From: Macrostomum hystrix
Taxonomy: Eukaryota > Animalia > Platyhelminthes
Reading direction: 5' to 3'
DNA length: 64,000 bases
NCBI GenBank assembly: GCA_950097015.1
Contig: CATNEN010000038.1
Location: 29,388,001-29,452,000, forward strand
Part shown: in pieces, positions 25,404-38,309 of the stretch
How positions within the stretch are numbered: the stretch's first letter is position 1
Layout of the letters: each line of letters opens with the position of its first letter
Made by a program: the position numbers and the translations under genes
The notes under the pieces: generated by a model
What the model was told of the DNA's origin: nothing
The model's database searches: none
The model's input: the letters and a program-made list of their open reading frames with translations, nothing else

Positions 25404-28400
25404 TCTTTCCAGTCAGAACCTGCAGGCAGACTGGACAAGAGTGCAAAGATTCGTGCAGCATTTTGTCGCAATCGATGCAGTAATGCGATCGACAATCCGG
25501 GCATTGATAAGCCTCAGCGTTGGCTGCCAATCTGTCACCGCAGCCGCAGCAGCTGGTGCCAGCCGCTAAGACGACCTCTGAGAATTGCTTCAAAGGAAAC
25601 AGGTGCTGATAGGAGCGTGCCAGGTGAGCGGCGCTGGCCAGGCTGAGACCGCAAACCCGGCAGTCGACTGGCAGTTCGCAGTAGAGCGACCGACACTGCG
25701 GACAGGCGTGCGCGATGGCTCCCGGCTGTAGAACGATACCGTGGCAGGCGCAGATGCGGACATCTGGAGCGGACGTTGCCGACTGTTCTGTATTGGGATT
25801 ATCGATCGAATGCGGAAATCCCATGCGGATTAGATTAGCGTCTGTGGCTGTTGTAGCAGGCGGAGGCAAGAAGCTGGACATGATGTCGCCCAGGTGGCCG
25901 ACATCCAATGGTACGGAATAATTGCCGCCTGTTGATTGGGCCAGCTTGCGAAGGACTCGAATGTCGGCTGATAGGCAGATCACCTGGCGGGGAATCAATT
26001 AAATTTTATTATCGGAAGATTCTTTTAAAATGGAAGGAAATTGAAAGCAAAGTGTGGTCATTGTTAATTGTTCAAAAAAACAAACTAAAGTATTCAGCCG
26101 AATCTACTATCGCAGAATCGAACGAACAGTTCGTCAAATAGTGCAAATTCGCTAAAAATGAACAATAAGTTTTTTGGCTAAATTTAGAAGATTCTATTAA
26201 AAATCGTTAAAGGAATGCATTTTTCGGCAGATTCTACAGAACGAAAAGTCGGAATGGAAGAATATTCGGCCGATTTTAGAGAATAAAAAGTCGGAATGGA
26301 AACATTTTTCGGTTGATACCACTCGATATACTACTGTCAGAATGGGAAGATTTTTTCGGCCGATTCCACAGATTCAAAGTTAGAATAGATCGAAATTTTC
26401 GGCAGATTCCACAGTATATAAAAATAAAATTTGGCTGATTACTCAGAATAAAAAGTCGAAATTGAAAGATATTTCAACAGATTCCACATATTGACAAAAA
26501 TCGGAATCGAACGAGCTTTCGGCAGATTCCACAGAATGAAAACAAGTAAAAAGATAGGCAGATTGTAGTGAGCCACTGCTTAGGGGCCTATTGGTGTCTC
26601 ACTAGCTGTCAGTAGCCCCACCTGCAAGGTAGCTTAGGTGCCCCGTTTGCTGGCATTGAGTGACTGCCCGGCCCGCCCTCTCTAGCGCTGACCGGTCTGT
26701 CCCTCTCTGCCCTGCCCCTCCCGGCCGCGTCTGCACTTTGAGTGTGCTGTCTCTCCCCGCCAGGCATGAGTCATCGACTCTTTGTCCTGCGCTGGCTTCG
26801 CTGAAGTGGCTAACATCCTGGGAAGGCGGTGGACTCAAGGCTTCGACTGCAACTAAAAATGGAAACGCCTTGCGAAAAATGTCGCAAAGTTGCGGAATGG
26901 ACGACCTGGTTTCTTTCATTAGCGGTTCGAAGCGTGATGCAATTACGGCTTATGTTCAAGCGGAATGCACCCGCTCCGGCTCATGAGACCGAAGCTGCAT
27001 AAATGCTCTTGTGCATTTTATTTCCTACTTTCGCGCCAGACAATTAGTTCCACTAAGCACATTCAAGATCAAAGTGTATCTTCTTGAGTTCGAAGAGCGC
27101 GTGAACCGACTTGCCAAAACGTTTGGGCTCTAAGTGCGCAAAGCCAACGACGCTAGATTGCGCAACCTCCTTGACAAAGAGTTGTTGTCGACTGACCAAG
27201 TCGACGCTCTTCACAAACATGTGCGACTGTTAATTCAGCGGGCGAAGACGTCCACCGACTTAAACTCCGAAGCTGTCCAGCTAGCCATTGGTGCTGCAAT
27301 GTGTTTTTCGTCCGGGAACGCTTCCCGGCCGGACGTTCCAACAAATGTTACAATGGCCGAGGCGAATGAATGGCGCGAGGCACCAAATGGCGAGCTGCTT
27401 GTCAAAGAGCACAAAACCTCAAATATTTACGGTGCTGTTCGTGTTGCCGTTGATGATAATCGCGACCTGCTTATTCAATTTATTGAGCAACGAAACCAAG
27501 CTGGCTGCAGTCCAAGCGATCGTTTGTTGCTGTTCAGAACTGGTGGCTTTTCTGGAGTGTGGACTAAGGAGAGAGCCAGGGAGCCAGCCATTGAGAATGT
27601 AACCAACACTGCGTACCGGAAATTTGTTGAGACATACTCTGCCATGTACTTGGATGAAGACCACCAGAAGGTTGTTTCGATGCGACTGGCCCATAAGCCA
27701 AATGTAGCCCGCCAGTCCTACCAGGCAAACTTACACACAATGAGCGTCGTAGCTCGGTGTGCCATATCTGGACTGCTTACCAGCCTGGCATCTACTTCCG
27801 AGGACAGCAGTCCAGATGTCGTTTTGCCGTTTACGGCAAAGTCGCCAACAGCAGCATCTCGGCAGCCACAAACCAGTAATTCGAACTGCATGACTGTCGT
27901 AAAGGCAGCAATTGCTGAGAACCAAAAAGCGCAATTTCCAGGAAATCCAACGGTCAGAATGGCACAGTACAGAAGAGAAGCGCGGCCGGAAAATCAACTG
28001 TCGGGTGTCAGGAGTCGGAGACATCGACGGCGCCAAAGAAAAGCAAGATGACCAGGTCCACTCCGGCTACGGCAGCAGTCTCACAGCGCTGTCTATCGCA
28101 GGCTGCTGCAGCGTCATCCAAGAGAAGTTTTGGCGGAAGGCGAAAGAGGCAAGACAAAAACTGATGTGCCTCTTGTGTGTGCCTCTTGTGCTGCATAATA
28201 GACTTTTTGCTATACAGCCATGCTCACAACTAGTAACATCTACCTGACAGTTCTTTTTACGGTCAACTTGGCTTACGACAAATATTCATTTGCAGAATGT
28301 AGGCTCATATCTTTATTCCCCGATACTAGGAAATGTTGCAATTAATTAGCATTTAATAAGAAATGTAAATATCGCTCGTGCTTTTGCGGCATTAGTACAT

Positions 28401-31134
28401 AAACTAATGCAAAGAAATTTATCTTATAAAATAGCTAAAAACCCGTGGATAAATTACAGATGGCAGATCTGAGATAAATTACAGGTGCACTAGATTGCAG
28501 ATCTAAAATAAATTACAGGCGCGCTAGATTGCAGATCTGGAATAAATTACAGGCGCGCTAGATTGCAGATCTGGAATAAATTACAGGCGCGCTACATTAC
28601 AGAATAGACATATACTATTTTGTTATATCATATGTTCATATACTGTTCTGCAAAAGTTTATAAATATATGAAGCAGTAGATGTAAAAGCATTGCCAGTTA
28701 ACTGAGTTGTATGACATGTCGAGTGCCAATAGCACAACTAAGTTGTATTTTTATTAGCTTTGCAGTGCAGTGTAAAGACGATTGTTTCGAATTGTACCAC
28801 TTTTTATGCTGAATTTGTATGCACAAGTAAAATAGGGCCGTGCTTTTTGCTTATTTGTTGTCATGTTTTTTACTGCGTCGATCATTGTAACATTTTGATC
28901 GTAGGCTAACTAAATAATAATACAATGCCAACTTTGAGTGTCGACTCTGTCAACTGCTTTCATATCATGATTACTGTACAAGTGTACAGGATAGTGAATT
29001 AAATATGCACTGTGAATTTCTTTGTTTATTTCAACTTTCAAATGACAATATGATTATTCAATATTAATTAACATAGGCATCCAGACACAGCACTATGCCA
29101 GTCAGAACACTATTTTGCGTTTTCTGAACACTGCATGGAAAACTGTAATTTTTCATCTGTAATTTGGCGATCTGTAATTTTACGTTTACCTGTAATAGAT
29201 TTTCCCCTCACGTGACTGGCCTCTCTCTTTGTCTTTTAAAGTGCACGTGAACATGTTTACTGCATTTGGGGCTTTGATTATGAGACAGGAGCCTACGTAG
29301 GAGTGACGTTTCTGGCGCCACTGACGTCAGTTGCTAATTTTGGAAACCACGTGATTCCATCACGTGTTTTCTAACCTTACACTGGCCCTATGGAAGGTCC
29401 CTGCCTATAAAAGAAAGCTCCGCTCCTCTGGTCTTCAAAGGCTCTTGCATGTTGTTAGAAGTTTCCCTTCATTCTCTTGATTTCGAGTCTCCATTATACA
29501 GTGCCATCAGTGTCCAAGTTCCCCGCTTCAGTCTCTGCGTGTGACTGCTCACATGCTCAGTTCTGGCCAAGTCCCGAAACTAACTTAGCCTCCCACCACC
29601 ACCCGAGCTACGCAGGACTCTGAAAGCCTTTAACTGCGCCTGGAACTCTGCACGGTGTGCGCTTCTCAAGACTTCGTGACTTCATCTCTTTTGGGCCAAG
29701 GATCCTTCACCTCACCGAAGGCAGAAGTCCTGACGCCCTGACGCTCTGACTACACTGCCTATTACTCTCGGACCACATATTGGAGTCCGCCGGATCCCGC
29801 ATTTTTAGCACTCAGTCAGTCCTAAATTAGGATTAATAAAGAAAGTCTTACCGAGCATCTAATCCTAGCCTTGGCTAGTTTGTCTATGGTGACATTGATA
29901 TCGCCCGGGTCGCAAGTGCTCAGAGCCGATACCAGCACTAAAACCTCTTTGCAGGCGTAGCCGGGCAGTGGACTGAGTGTGTCGCAGGCCATCTCTAGCA
30001 GATTTTGAAAGGACGCCTCTCCGTCTGGTCGAACAGTCCGCCCAGAGCCAGGCTGAGACATGTCTTTCAGGGCTTCTAAATGTCTTATGGGATTGCCGCT
30101 CAGTTCGGTGACGCGTTCGGCGAGTTTGCGTTTAGTCAAGAGAATGCCCAGCTGACCAATGGGATTCTGATCAAAGAAACCAGACACGAACTGTCGCATA
30201 GCAGTCAGGCAGGCAGTCAATCTACACGGCTTCAAATCGGCTAAGCCCATTGTCTCAGAGCAGTCTAGACACAGCAGCAGGTGCCTCATCATGCCCAGCT
30301 TGCTGGCCCGACCTCCCGGCATCAGGGCCGCCGCTGCCAGCCTGTGACGACGCTTGCGAGCCTGAAGGATGCGGTTTTATGGATAGAGTGTGAAATCTCT
30401 AAGTAAATGGTCCAGTTTTAGGGATTCTGAAGCCATGGAAATCATCACACTTAGGATTTTTATTCTGAAAACTTGGATCTGCGGTTCTTAAGTTTGCAGA
30501 CCCTCAAAGATGTGAAGTTTTTTCTGAGATTCTGAAGTTTTGGGATACTGAAGCAGTTTTCTGAGATCCTGAAGTCTTCAAGTACGGAATTATTTAGATC
30601 CTGAAGTACTTAAATACTGAAGTCTTTAGATCCTGAGGATTTATATCCCGACTTCTTTAGATCCTGAAGTATTTAGATTCCTAAGTCTTTGGATCCTGCA
30701 AGTTTTTAGATCCTAAAGTATTTAGATCCTGAAGTATTTAGATCCTGAAGTATTTAGATCCTGAAGTATTTAGATCCTGAAGAATTATTTAGATCCTGAA
30801 GTATTTAGAACCTGAAGTATTTTGATCCTGAAGTATTTAAATGCTGAAGTCTTTAGATCCTGAACTATTTAGATCCTGAAGTGTCGGCAGGGATGGTGAT
30901 ATGGCTGAGTCTCTGTGAGGCCATAGATGACGCAATCACCTGCTCCAGGCGGCCCACGGCGCCAGCCAGCCTGCCATCGGCGTCCTCAGCCAGGGCTTCC
31001 CAGGAGCGCTCAAACTGGGACTCCCATCTAAAGCCGCCGCCAGCCAGGGCGGCCGCGTCTTCGTCCTGCAGCCGATAGCCGCTGGTGCCGGTTGTGGGCC
31101 GTGCGGACGGCTTAGCGAAGCTGTAGTTGGCCAT
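25360..31134 (-). CDS. GTF2H2: TFIIH subunit p44 (Ssl1)
   Basis: Exons 31134-30940, 30361-29852, 25983-25360. FRWE..FERSWE; vWA domain LGMMRHL..FFDQNPIGQLG..LSTCDPGDI; C4 finger CPQC..YCELPVDC.VCGL.L.SAAHLARSY.HLFPL; C-terminal RING-like CIDCD..LHESLHSCP.C. Confidence 0.95.
26764..28051 (+). pseudogene. Tyrosine recombinase reading frame with two in-frame stops
   Basis: ORFs 26660-26986 and 27134-28051 share a frame, broken only by TGA 26984-86 and TAA 27131-33. Catalytic-type order: SRPD (R), KEHKT..YG (K), TAYRK (R), RLAHKPNVARQSY (H..Y). Confidence 0.72.
28450..28602. repeat. 34-bp short tandem array containing AAATTACAG
   Basis: Five AAATTACAG copies; the inverse CTGTAATTT occurs 3-4 times at 29143-29196. 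Confidence 0.8.
29205..29415 (+). promoter_or_regulatory. Putative Pol II promoter: four CACGTG E-boxes, a TGACGTCA CRE and a TATAAAA box
   Basis: CACGTG at 29209, 29244, 29348, 29361; TGACGTCA at 29322; TATAAAA at 29406. Confidence 0.55.
30520..30880. repeat. 16-17-bp intronic repeat (ATTTAGATCCTGAAGT)
   Basis: Direct periodicity, degenerate at the edges. Confidence 0.88.
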
Positions 31135-31279
31135 GCTTCGATGCGGCTGACTTCAGTGCGTGTTAAATTCTGGGATTATGCTTTACCACGACTTGAACAA
31201 ATTTTTCTTGCTGCAATTAGAATCAGAAATGCTTCAACCTTCAATTATGCGAGTTTTTTAATCCAACTTTTCGCTCACT

Positions 31280-31640
31280 TCGTCTCTGAATCTCTCTCCT
31301 TCTCTCTATGATTCTCATTCTCTCCCTGAATCTCACCTTCTCTCCCTGAATCTCACCTTCTCTCCCTGAATCTCACCTTCTCTCCCTGAATCTCACCTTC
31401 TCTCCCTGAATCTCTCCTTCTCTCCCTGAATCTCACCTTCTCTCCCTGAATCTCTCTTTCTCTCCCGGAATCTTTCCTTCTCTCCCTGATTCTCTCCATC
31501 TCTCCCTGAATCTCCGATTCTCTCCCTGAATCTCTCATTCTCTCCCTGATTCTCTCATTCTCTCCCTGAATCTCTCCATCTCTCCCTGATTCTCTCAATC
31601 TCTCCCTGAATCTCTCATTCTCTCCCTGATTCTCTTGATC
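31280..31640. repeat. 20-bp pyrimidine-rich intergenic repeat (TCTCCCTGAATCTCACCTTC)
   Basis: Direct periodicity. Confidence 0.92.
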
Positions 31641-31857
31641 TTTATCTCCGTTAGAAAACTATATTTCCGCATCTCTTGCTAAGAAACTATTTTCTAAATT
31701 AAAAAAAGAAAATAAAATTGAATAAAGTAAATAATTTAATAGACAAAGTATAGATTTTCGGTTAAAACTATGAGTACAATAATAAAAGAGCAATATATGA
31801 CAAGTAAGCTAAGTCTACGAAAACGATTCTACTCGTATAACAATTCTTTTAATCCAG

Positions 31858-34800
31858 CTATCTAATTCGCTTGGACCAGATAACCAATAGCAGGGCACCC
31901 AACGAATACCAGGTGAACACGTAGGACAGGTGTTCGTTACGCAAGCTGAGCCTAGTCTGGCCGCCAATAGGATGGCCGCTAGCCGTCTCAATCGAATTGT
32001 CGGCGCATGCGTCAACAAAGAATGGCAAAGTGTTCAGCTCGCTGCTAAGCGCTTCAACATCGCGACGAAGCCTACAGGAGACACTGCGACGCTGACTTGA
32101 GGAAGCTGACTGGCTGCCGTTAACTGTGCGGTTAGCTGCGGGCGAAAATACGGAGATGGAGGCTTAAATGCGTCGCTAAACTCTTTGAGATTTGTAACAA
32201 TGCTCCTTTATGCTTTCTTGTTCACACATTAAACTAGTCGTTTCTCCCATTATCAATTTTGACTTCTCCCATGATTATGAATCCTAATTTCTCCCATTAT
32301 CGATCCCGATTTCTCCCATTATCGATCCTAATTTCTCCCATTATCAATCCTAATTTCTCGCATTATCGATTCTAATTTCTCCCATTATCAATCCTGATGT
32401 CTCGCATTATCGATCCTGATTTCTACCATTATCGATCCTGATTTCTCCCATTATCGATCCTGATTTCTACCATTATCGATCCTGATTTCTCCCATTATCG
32501 ATCCTGATTTCTACCATTATCGATCCTGATTTCTACCATTATCGATCCTGATTTCTCCCATTATCGATCCTGATTTCTACCATTATCAATCCTGATTTCT
32601 CCCATTATCGATCCTGATTTCTACCATTATCGATCCTAATTTCTCCCATTATCGATCCTAATTTCTCCCATTATCAATCCTAATTTCTCGCATTATCGAT
32701 TCTAATTTCTCCCATTATCAATCCTGATTTCTCCCATTATCGATCCTGATTTCTCCCATTATCGATCCTGATTTCTCCCATTATCGATCCTGATTTCTAC
32801 CATTATCGATCCTGATTTCTCCCATTATCGATCCTAATTTCTCCCATTATCGATCCTAATTTCTCTCATTATCAATCCCGATTTCTCCCATTATCGATTC
32901 TAATTTCTCCCATTATCGATCCTAATTTCTCCCATTATCAATCCTGATTTCTCCCATTATCGATTCTAATTTCTCCCATTATCAATCCTGATGTCTCCCA
33001 TTATCGATCCTGATTTCTACCATTATCGATCCTGATTTCTACCATTATCGATCCTGATTTCTCCCATTATCGATCCTAATTTCTCCCATTATCGATCCTA
33101 ATTTCTCTCATTATCAATCCCGATTTCTCCCATTATCGATTCTAATTTCTCCCATTATCGATCCTAATTTCTCCCATTATCAATCCTGATTTCTCCCATT
33201 ATCGATTCTAATTTCTCCCATTATCAATCCTGATGTCTCCCATTATCGATCCTGATTTCTACCATTATCGATCCTGATTTCTACCATTATCAATCCTGAT
33301 TTCTCCCACTTTTCGATCCAGATTTTTCCCATTATCAATCCTAATTTCTCCCATCATCGATCCTAATTTCTACCAATATCGATCCTGATTTCTCCCACTT
33401 TTCGATCCTGATTTTTCCCATTATCAATTCTAATTTCTCCCATTATCGATCCTGATTTCTACCATTATCGATCCTGATTTCTACCATTATCGATCCTGAT
33501 TTCTCCCATTATCGATCCTGATTTCTACCATTATCGATCCTAATTTCTCCCATCATTGATCCTAATTTCTACCAATATCGATCCTGATTTCTCCCACTTT
33601 TCGATCCTGATTTTTCCCATTATCAATTCTAATTTCTCCCATTATCGATTCTGATTTCTACCATTATCGATGCTAAATTCTCCCATTATCGATCCTGATT
33701 TCTCCCATTATCGATCCCAATTTCTCCCATTATCAATCTTGATTTCTCTCGTTATCGATTCTAATTTCTCTCATAACCGATCCTAATTTCTCCTACTATC
33801 GGTCCTAATTTCTCCCATTGACGATCCTTATTTCTCTCATTGTCGATTTAAATTTTTCTCATGATTGATTCTTAGTTCTCCCATAATCGATTCGCAATTC
33901 TCACATTATCGATTCTGATATTCGCCATGTTGATTCAAATTTTTTCCATTTTCAATTCTAATTTCTAACCTTTATCGATCTTTACTTCCCCCTAGCATCA
34001 ATTATCGTTTCTAGAATTATATATCCTTATTTATTTATTCTCTTACCATGCCTACTCCATATTTCTCCCTATGTACTCTAAAGATGCCATCCTCACCAAC
34101 TAGATAATTGCCAACTAAGCCAGCCGGTTCGGTCAGTCGCATCAGGCCAGTGAGGGTGACTCGGCCAATCAGCTGGCCCTGAGGCCTAGTCGCTGGGTCC
34201 GCGAATTTGGCCGGCACCCAGCCGCGATTAACTAGGATTCGCTCGCCGCTGTCAGCCAATCGGAACGGAGTAATCACGTGATAGCCAACGCCGGCGCCGG
34301 TTGAGAATAAACTGCCGCCTCCGCCGCCTAAGGATGCGTTAAAATAACACTTTGATAAAAGTGGTCTGACATCAGAAAGAAAGCTGGAGAAACTTGGAGA
34401 TAACGATGAGGAGAAATGAAGATCTGAAAGGATATTGACACGAAAATGAGGCTTTGGGAGAATTTAGAATGGGAAATCAGGATATGGGAGGATATTAGAA
34501 CAAAAATTAGGACCTGGGATAACTTATAAATAAAAATAAGGATCTGGGAGAACATTGAAATAAAAATAAGGATCTGGGAGAACATTGAAATAAAAACGAA
34601 CTGGGAGAATATGGGGATGAAAATGAGGATATGGGAGGATATTAAGATGAAAATGAGGATCTGGGCTGATATTAAGATGAAAATGAGGATCTGGGAGGAT
34701 ATTAAAATTAAAATAAAGATCTAGGAGGATATTAAGATTAAAATAAGGATCTGGGCGGATATTAAGATGAAAATGAGGATCTGGGAGGATATTAAGATTA

Positions 34801-35623
34801 AAATAATGATCTGGGAGGATATTAGGATGAAAATAAGGATCTGGGATTTAAGATTAAAATGAGGATCTGGGAGGATATTAGAATGAAAATAAGGATCTGG
34901 GAGGATATTAAGATTAAAATAAGGATCTGGGAGGATATTAGGATGAAAATAAGGATCTGGGATTTAAGATGAAAATGAGGATCTGGGAGGATATTAAAAT
35001 GAAAATGAGGATCTGGGAGAATATTAGATAAAAATGAGGATCTGTGACATTAAAAAATAAAAATGAGGATCTGGAAGGATTATGAAATAAAAAACGAGGA
35101 TCTGAAAGAATATTGGGATGAAAATGAGGATAAGAAAGAAAAGTGGAGTGTAAATGAGGATCGGAGATATTGGGAAATTATATCCCAACTCACTGTCAGC
35201 TCCAACGCCAGCCATCGGATCAATTAGATGTCGAGGTCCAATAAGCACCTCTGCCGAGTGGTCGAACTCGCCAACTAACCGCACAGGCCTGTACTCCAGC
35301 TGGGAAATGTCAGCCAGGAGTTCCTTCACGGAGCCTCCGTCGACAATAAAAGGCGTTTGAGTTGTCCTACTCGACATGGACTCAATCAGGCCAATCTTCC
35401 ACTTGCGACGATAAATCTGCCAGGTTCCCAAGCAGAAGCAGATGGCCGGAAACGCTAGAAACCATTTGTTTCTAGGCGCGTCACTGTCCCGCCCTCTGTA
35501 GGAACTGTACAAATTTTGTTGCTGCTTAGAAAGTTTTGTTGCTAGGCAAAATCCGCCATTTGAGTGGGATTTTAGGTAAATTAGCGGTTGAATTACCGCT
35601 CGCTGACAACGAAAGCTGGAATG
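31858..35623 (-). CDS. SURF1: SURF1 cytochrome c oxidase assembly factor; no native start codon found
   Basis: Exons 35623-35194, 34327-34097, 32135-31858. LGTWQIYRRKWK, LEYRPVRLVGEFDHS, GYHVITPF..ILVNRGWVP, PIGGQTRLSLRNEHLSYVFTWYSL. Confidence 0.92.
32245..33950. repeat. 22-bp intronic tandem repeat (CCCATTATCGATCCTGATTTCT)
   Basis: Direct periodicity. Confidence 0.96.
34420..35160. repeat. About 30-bp intronic tandem repeat (GATCTGGGAGGATATTAAGATGAAAATGAG)
   Basis: Direct periodicity. Confidence 0.9.
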
Positions 35624-35699
35624 CTGAAGACAGGACGGGAGAAAAAATGTACTTCTCTGACATGTTTGTTGACACAATTTTATAATATATTCTCTCACT

Positions 35700-36545
35700 G
35701 TCTGCTCATGATCTAGTCTCCTATTCTGCTCATGATCTAGTCTCATTATTTGCTTATGATCTAGTCTCATGATCTAGTCTCGTGATCTGCTCATGATATA
35801 GTCTCATTATCTGCTCATGATCCAGTCTCATTATCTGCTCATGATCCAGTCCCATTATCTGCTCATGATCTAGTCTCATTATCTGCTCATGATCCAGTCT
35901 CATTATCTGCTCATGATCCAGTCTCATTATCTGCTCATGATCCAGTCTCATTATCTGCTCATGATCCAGTCCCATTATCTGCTCATGATCTAGTCTCATT
36001 ATCTTCTCATGATCTAGTCTCATTATCTGCTCATGATCCAGTCTCATTATCTGCTCATGATTTAGTCTCATTATCTGCTCCTGATCTAGTCTCATTATCT
36101 GCTCATGATCCAGTCTCATTATCTGCTCATGATCCAGTCTCATTATCTGCTCATGATCCAGTCTCATTATCTGCTCATGATCCAGTCTCATTATCTGCTC
36201 ATGATCTAGTCTCATTATCTTCTCATGATCTAGTCTCATTATCTGCTCATGATCCAGTCTCATTATCTGCTCATGATCCAGTCTCATTATCTGCTCATGA
36301 TCCAGTCTCATTATCTGCTCATGATCTTGTCTCATTATCTGCTCATGATCCAGTCTCATTATCTGCTCATGATCCAGTCTCATTATCTGCTCATGATCTT
36401 GTCTCATTATCTGCTCATGATCCAGTCTCATTATCTGCTCATGATCCAGTCTCATTATCTGCTCATGATCCAGTCTCATTATCTGCTCATGATCCAGTCT
36501 CATTATCTGCTCATGATCCAGTCTCATTATCTGCTCATGATCTTG
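35700..36545. repeat. 24-bp tandem repeat (TCATGATCCAGTCTCATTATCTGC) between EAF and SURF1
   Basis: Direct periodicity; explains the (MRLDHEQI)n ORF. Confidence 0.96.
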
Positions 36546-37055
36546 TCTGTTAGTCTTGTACTTATTCTATAATTTAGCGTATTTTTTTCTAGTTAAATTA
36601 AAGTGTTCTTTAATAAAATTGACCATTTAATTAACGGAAACAAGCAACAATAACTACAGGAACAACAACCAAGTAGTGAATGGCAAGTTAGATGATAGGT
36701 GCAATTTAAAAGTTTAATTACTAATTACGCGATTAAACAAAATAAATGGAACGTCGTTTTTAGTTTGGAAGCAATAACTACGAGCGTATTACAGTTGCAT
36801 AATTTATAAGTCAACGAAAAAAATAAATTGGTAACATTTATTGATCACCTGTTTCATTTAAAAGCCAATAAAACTAACTTTATTACTCTAAGTTCCTAAA
36901 GTTTAAAGACATTTCACACTAACTATTCACCAGATGGACAACAAACTACTAGAAGTAGAAATGAAGAATATTTTAAATCAGAAATTTAGACGAAATTTTT
37001 AAATAAGCACTTTTCAGCATAAAATATTTGCAATAAATGATACTCAATCAATCGA

Positions 37056-38309
37056 TTAATCGCTTTCGTCGCTGTCACTCAGTTGCAAATCATCTTCCAG
37101 CTGCTTATAATTATAGTCGGTATCTGATGATGCAACAGGGACAGATTGTGGCAGCTTCTGCTTCTGCTGCTGCTGCAAAGGCGGAGGCGCCGCCTGATGC
37201 TCGGCGACCTCTTCGAACTCATCGTCAGAAGAAGACGAGGAGGAATCTGAGGACATTGAGTCATCGGCCGAGTTGGTAGCGGGTGCAGCTTTTGCTGCTT
37301 TTGCTGGCGGCTGAGACGGCTGCTGCCGCTGCTGCTGCTGCTTGTGACTTTGAGAAACGATCGGCTTCTCAGCTTCGGAATAATCGTCGCTAGATGACGA
37401 AGAAGAAAGCGAAGAAACGGAAGAAGCAGACGACAGGGTGGCACTGCTGATGACCTTCTTAGACTTTTTAGCGGCTGGAGGCTGCGAAGGCTGCTGCTTC
37501 TTGGACAGCTCATCGGTGGCAAGTTTTTTCTGCTTCTTCAGCTGCTCCTGCTCTCGTTTCTGCTGAGCTAGCTTCTCTTTTTCCTTCTCCCTTTCTCGCT
37601 CTCTTTCCTTCTCTTTCTCTTTTTCTTTCTCGCGTTCTCGTCTCTCCTTATCGCGTTTAGCAGCCTCCGTGTCAAAGTCATCTCTGGCTTCATCGTCGTG
37701 CTTCTTTTTCTTCTTTTTAGTAGGCGGCTGCTGCTGCTGCTGAGAGATTTTCTCAGCCTTGCTTTTGCTGCTATTAGAATCAGTTGAAGACTTTTTAAGT
37801 AAACTTTGAGTCTTTTGGCTGCCTTGACCAACCGAAGCCGAAGCTGGATTGGTCGAAGACTTCTTAGACACGGAAGTACTAGAAGAAGCAGCAGCTTCGG
37901 CAGCCTTCATGCCGAGCTTCTTCTCAACTAAATCTAGCTGACATACTTCAATACGAGCCTTCTTTAACTGTACACTTAAACTGATGCGCTCAATGCGAGC
38001 CTCTCGCGTTGTGGGATCTAGAATTAACACGGCGTCCTTCTGACAGGGTCGCTTGTGACCCTTGAAGATGGTGTGAGACAAGCTACTAGACGCGCCATGC
38101 GCTAACGACACGGTGACGTCATCAGTGGCGCCAACTTCGACTAAGCCGGGCTTCGATTGGTCAACGCTAGCCGGCATGAAATCGTAGCGGAATGTGGAGA
38201 AACTCGCCCTCTGTCGTGACCCCGGCTGGTCGAATGTGTCGCCTATGCGAAGGCTGTAGCGACCGCGCAGAGCGGCCGTCAAAGAACTGGAAGCATCTGA
38301 TGACGTCAT
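37056..38309 (-). CDS. EAF: ELL-associated factor (EAF1/2 family), single exon
   Basis: N-terminal EAF domain (YSLRIGDTF, FSTFRYDFMPASVD, TIFKGHKRP.QKDAVLI); Ser/acidic tail ending LEDDLQLSDSDESD. Confidence 0.92.
   Translation of the reverse strand: MTSSDASSSLTAALRGRYSLRIGDTFDQPGSRQRASFSTFRYDFMPASVDQSKPGLVEVGATDDVTVSLAHGASSSLSHTIFKGHKRPCQKDAVLILDPTTREARIERISLSVQLKKARIEVCQLDLVEKKLGMKAAEAAASSSTSVSKKSSTNPASASVGQGSQKTQSLLKKSSTDSNSSKSKAEKISQQQQQPPTKKKKKKHDDEARDDFDTEAAKRDKERREREKEKEKEKEREREREKEKEKLAQQKREQEQLKKQKKLATDELSKKQQPSQPPAAKKSKKVISSATLSSASSVSSLSSSSSSDDYSEAEKPIVSQSHKQQQQRQQPSQPPAKAAKAAPATNSADDSMSSDSSSSSSDDEFEEVAEHQAAPPPLQQQQKQKLPQSVPVASSDTDYNYKQLEDDLQLSDSDESD

Larger units (their letters stand above)
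26565..29820 (+). mobile_element. Tyrosine-recombinase (Crypton-like) element in GTF2H2 intron 2; ends approximate
   Basis: About 3.2 kb of non-host-like sequence with a YR reading frame, inverted repeat arrays and a promoter; no TIR or TSD found. Confidence 0.6.

Noticed and set aside
26984-27133. Programmed readthrough or an alternative code in the recombinase frame
   Set aside because: Two different stops, each one C-to-T change from CGA or CAA, plus a likely downstream frameshift, fit decay better
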